NCBI RefSeq assembly: GCF_000008465.1
Contig: NC_006512.1
Span: forward strand, 1,380,001-1,412,000
Length of the DNA: 32,000 nt
From: Idiomarina loihiensis L2TR
GTDB taxonomy: Bacteria; Pseudomonadota; Gammaproteobacteria; Enterobacterales; Alteromonadaceae
Direction: 5' to 3'
Shown: positions 27,015-32,000 of the stretch, piece by piece
Layout of the letters: each line of letters opens with the position of its first letter
How positions within the stretch are numbered: the first letter of the stretch is position 1
The notes under the pieces: generated by a model
What the model saw: the letters and a program-made list of their open reading frames with translations, nothing else
Database searches by the model: none
Told to the model about the DNA's origin: nothing
Position numbers and translations under genes: made by a program

Positions 27015-28130
27015 ATGTCAAATGCCAGTAAAAAAGTCATTGTCGGAATGTCCGGGGGCGTCGACTCCTCGGTTTCAGCTTACCTTCTTATGCAACAGGG
27101 CTATCAGGTAGAAGGCCTGTTTATGAAGAACTGGGAAGAAGACGATACTGACGAATACTGCGCTGCTTCCGACGATTTAGCTGACGCTGAAAAAGTGTGT
27201 GAAACGCTGGGTATTGAGCTGCACACAATCAATTTCGCTGCAGAATATTGGGACAATGTATTCGAGTATTTTCTGGAAGAATACAAGGCGGGTCGCACGC
27301 CTAATCCCGATATTATGTGCAACAAAGAAATTAAATTTAAGGCCTTTCTTGAGTTTGCCGCTGAAGCATTAGATGCCGATTATATTGCGACCGGACATTA
27401 TGTGCGTCGTCAACAGCGTGATGGCAAATGGGAAATGCTGCGCGGCTTAGATAGTAATAAAGATCAAAGCTACTTTTTGTATACCTTGAGTCATGAGCAC
27501 ATTGCACAAACTCTGTTCCCGGTCGGAGAACTGGAGAAACCAGAAGTTCGTCGAATTGCTGAAGAACAAGGTCTGGTAACGGCCGACAAAAAAGACTCAA
27601 CCGGTATTTGCTTTATTGGCGAGCGCAAATTTAAGGACTTTTTGCAGCAGTACCTGCCTGCTAAACCCGGCCCCATTGAGTCCGTTGAAGGTGAAGCCTT
27701 AGGCGAACACGAAGGCCTGATGTACCACACTCTGGGTCAGCGTAAAGGTCTGCATATAGGTGGAATGGCCGATAATTCTGGCGAACCCTGGTATGTTGTC
27801 GACAAAGATGTCGAACGTAACGTTTTAATTGTAGCGCAGGGGAAGAAACATCCGCGTCTATACTCTCAAGGCCTTATTGCCGGACAACTGCACTGGGTTA
27901 GTCGAAACGCCCCACCGGAGGCCTTCGATTGCACGGTGAAAACGCGCTACCGCCAGCAGGACATTCCCTGCCGGGTTACGCCGCTTAGTAACGGTGACTT
28001 TCAGGTTCAATTTAAAGAACCGGTCGCAGCAGTTACTCCGGGACAGTCTGCGGTATTCTACAGCGATGATGTTTGTTTAGGTGGCGGCATTATTGAACAA
28101 CGCATTACCGACTTTGAGGTCAAGCTATGA
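27015..28130 (+). CDS. mnmA: tRNA 2-thiouridine(34) synthase
   Basis: The 371-aa product has the PP-loop [13 protein letters not shown] and conserved segments [12 protein letters not shown] and [11 protein letters not shown]. The mnmA-hflD-purB order matches E. coli. Confidence 0.95.
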   Translation: MSNASKKVIVGMSGGVDSSVSAYLLMQQGYQVEGLFMKNWEEDDTDEYCAASDDLADAEKVCETLGIELHTINFAAEYWDNVFEYFLEEYKAGRTPNPDIMCNKEIKFKAFLEFAAEALDADYIATGHYVRRQQRDGKWEMLRGLDSNKDQSYFLYTLSHEHIAQTLFPVGELEKPEVRRIAEEQGLVTADKKDSTGICFIGERKFKDFLQQYLPAKPGPIESVEGEALGEHEGLMYHTLGQRKGLHIGGMADNSGEPWYVVDKDVERNVLIVAQGKKHPRLYSQGLIAGQLHWVSRNAPPEAFDCTVKTRYRQQDIPCRVTPLSNGDFQVQFKEPVAAVTPGQSAVFYSDDVCLGGGIIEQRITDFEVKL

Positions 28131-28747
28131 ACGAATGGCAGCAACGGGTAATTGCCTTAGCTGGCATGTCGTTAAGTGCTATGGCTGTGCAGAAGCTGGC
28201 TCGCAGCGGAGAGCTTTACCCGGAATCTATTAGCAATACCTTAGTGCACAGCCTTTTACAGCAAAACCCGGACAATATCGAAGATATTTACGGCGGACTG
28301 GACAACATTAAACCCGGTATCCAGGCGTTTATTCGCCAGGCCGGCAGCAATAAAAATAAGGACATTGAGGTTACCCGCTATCTGATAGGCCTCATTCATT
28401 TATCCAGAAGGCTCTTAAAGCAACCAGATATACTCAATTTACTGGGCGAGCGTATTACCCAGGTAAAACGTCAAAAAGAAGAGTTTGAGTTTGAAAACTA
28501 CCGCATTCAGCAAAGTTTGGCTGGAATTTATCGCGAACTGATAAGCCCCCTGGGACAACCTATTCGCATTAATGGTAACCCGGAGTTTTTAAAACGGGAC
28601 TCAAATCAACACCATATTAGAACCCTGCTGCTAGCTGGCATTCGCAGTGCCGTGCTTTGGCAGCAAGTAGGCGGCAAGCGTCGTCATTTCGTGTTTTCTA
28701 GAAAGAAAATGTTAGATACAGCGCAGCAACTGCTGCATGTCGCATAA
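28127..28747 (+). CDS. hflD: High-frequency-of-lysogenization protein HflD
   Basis: The 206-aa product has 4-nt ATGA coupling to mnmA. Its N-terminus ([20 protein letters not shown]) and position between mnmA and purB match HflD. Confidence 0.85.
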   Translation: MNEWQQRVIALAGMSLSAMAVQKLARSGELYPESISNTLVHSLLQQNPDNIEDIYGGLDNIKPGIQAFIRQAGSNKNKDIEVTRYLIGLIHLSRRLLKQPDILNLLGERITQVKRQKEEFEFENYRIQQSLAGIYRELISPLGQPIRINGNPEFLKRDSNQHHIRTLLLAGIRSAVLWQQVGGKRRHFVFSRKKMLDTAQQLLHVA

Positions 28748-28780
28748 CCAGTAACAAGTAACAATTAACGATTTAATTAA

Positions 28781-31311
<2,531 letters not shown>

Positions 31312-31443
31312 GTGATTCTGTGTAAACAAGAGTTGATAAACGCCCGTTTAAATACCTAAATTTATTCACATCTTAAAGTAGCGCGAGCCTTATCTAAATG
31401 GTAATGTTCGCGCAATTTTTGAAGCAATGAGGAAGTGAAACTC

Positions 31444-32000
31444 ATGTCTCTATACGAGCATCCCGAATTTGATCACCACGAGCAAGTGGTGTTTTGTCAT
31501 GATCAGGAATCAGGCTTAAAAGCCATTATTGCCATCCACGATACAACCCTAGGTCCAAGCCTTGGTGGTACTCGTTTATGGAATTACGCTTCTTCTGCCG
31601 AAGCGGTCACCGATGTACTGCGTTTGTCTCGTGGTATGACTTATAAAAGTGCAATGGCAGGTCTGCCTTTAGGTGGCGGTAAAGCGGTTATCATCGGCGA
31701 CGCGAAAAAAATCAAAAGCGAAGAACTCTTCCGCGCTTATGGTCGCTTCATCGAGTCTTTAAGTGGTCGTTACATTACCGCTGAAGACGTCAACATTCGT
31801 ACTGAAGACATCGGTATGGTCGCAAAAGAGACCAGCTACGTTGCAGGCACGGCCGATAAAGCCGGCGACCCTTCACCTCATACAGCACTGGGTACTTACC
31901 TTGGTCTTAAAGCGGCAGCAAAACACAAATTAGGTAGCGAAGATCTTAAAGGTGTTAAAATTGCCATTCAGGGTCTGGGTGCTGTTGGCTACGATTTCGC
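31444..32000 (+). CDS. Leu/Val/Phe dehydrogenase family (leucine dehydrogenase-like), 3'-truncated by the window edge
   Basis: The frame is open from the ATG at 31444 to the window end. The translation MSLYEHPEFDHHEQVVFCHDQESGLKAIIAIHDTTLGPSLGGTRLWNY...GLPLGGGKAVIIGD...IQGLGAVG has the ELFV-dehydrogenase catalytic Lys motif and the start of the Rossmann GxGxxG. SD GAGGAAG lies upstream. Confidence 0.85.
   Translation, partial: MSLYEHPEFDHHEQVVFCHDQESGLKAIIAIHDTTLGPSLGGTRLWNYASSAEAVTDVLRLSRGMTYKSAMAGLPLGGGKAVIIGDAKKIKSEELFRAYGRFIESLSGRYITAEDVNIRTEDIGMVAKETSYVAGTADKAGDPSPHTALGTYLGLKAAAKHKLGSEDLKGVKIAIQGLGAVGYDF

Overview
The window looks like a conserved core-chromosome segment of a marine gammaproteobacterium, probably Alteromonadales or Vibrio-like; the assignment comes from protein similarity and gene order and is only moderately confident. 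Nearly all of it is housekeeping. In order: uup (5'-truncated), a secreted DUF3466/HAF-repeat protein, rmf (58 aa, missing from the ORF track), fabA, a Lon-like protease (ycbZ/lonH type), a ParE/RelE toxin with an RHH antitoxin flanked by about 0.4-0.5 kb of non-coding DNA on each side, a LysR regulator divergent from azoR, a CPXCG zinc-ribbon protein, an RND efflux pair (adaptor and pump, no outer-membrane factor), a Cache-domain chemoreceptor, ccoNOQP, ccoH-ccoI-ccoS plus a DsbD_2-type membrane protein, uspE, ttcA, a Bax-like glucosaminidase with an unknown membrane protein, rluE, mnmA-hflD-purB, a RoxA/YcfD-like cupin oxygenase, and a 3'-truncated Leu/Val/Phe dehydrogenase. I saw no rRNA, tRNA, CRISPR array, transposase, integrase or recognisable defence-gene cluster. 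I do not find convincing evidence for a new multi-gene system. The loci most worth a second look are: (1) the DUF3466 repeat protein with a C-terminal sorting-like signal, tightly coupled to uup; (2) the toxin-antitoxin islet and the strong orphan terminator beside it, which may mark an sRNA or small ORF; (3) the unknown membrane protein coupled to the Bax-like glucosaminidase, whose first ATG overlaps the rluE ATG head-to-head; and (4) the cco maturation cluster, which lacks ccoG and has no fnr next to uspE. Regulatory sites (FadR/FabR at fabA, an LTTR box, a sigma-28-like -10) were called by eye against remembered consensus sequences and are tentative.
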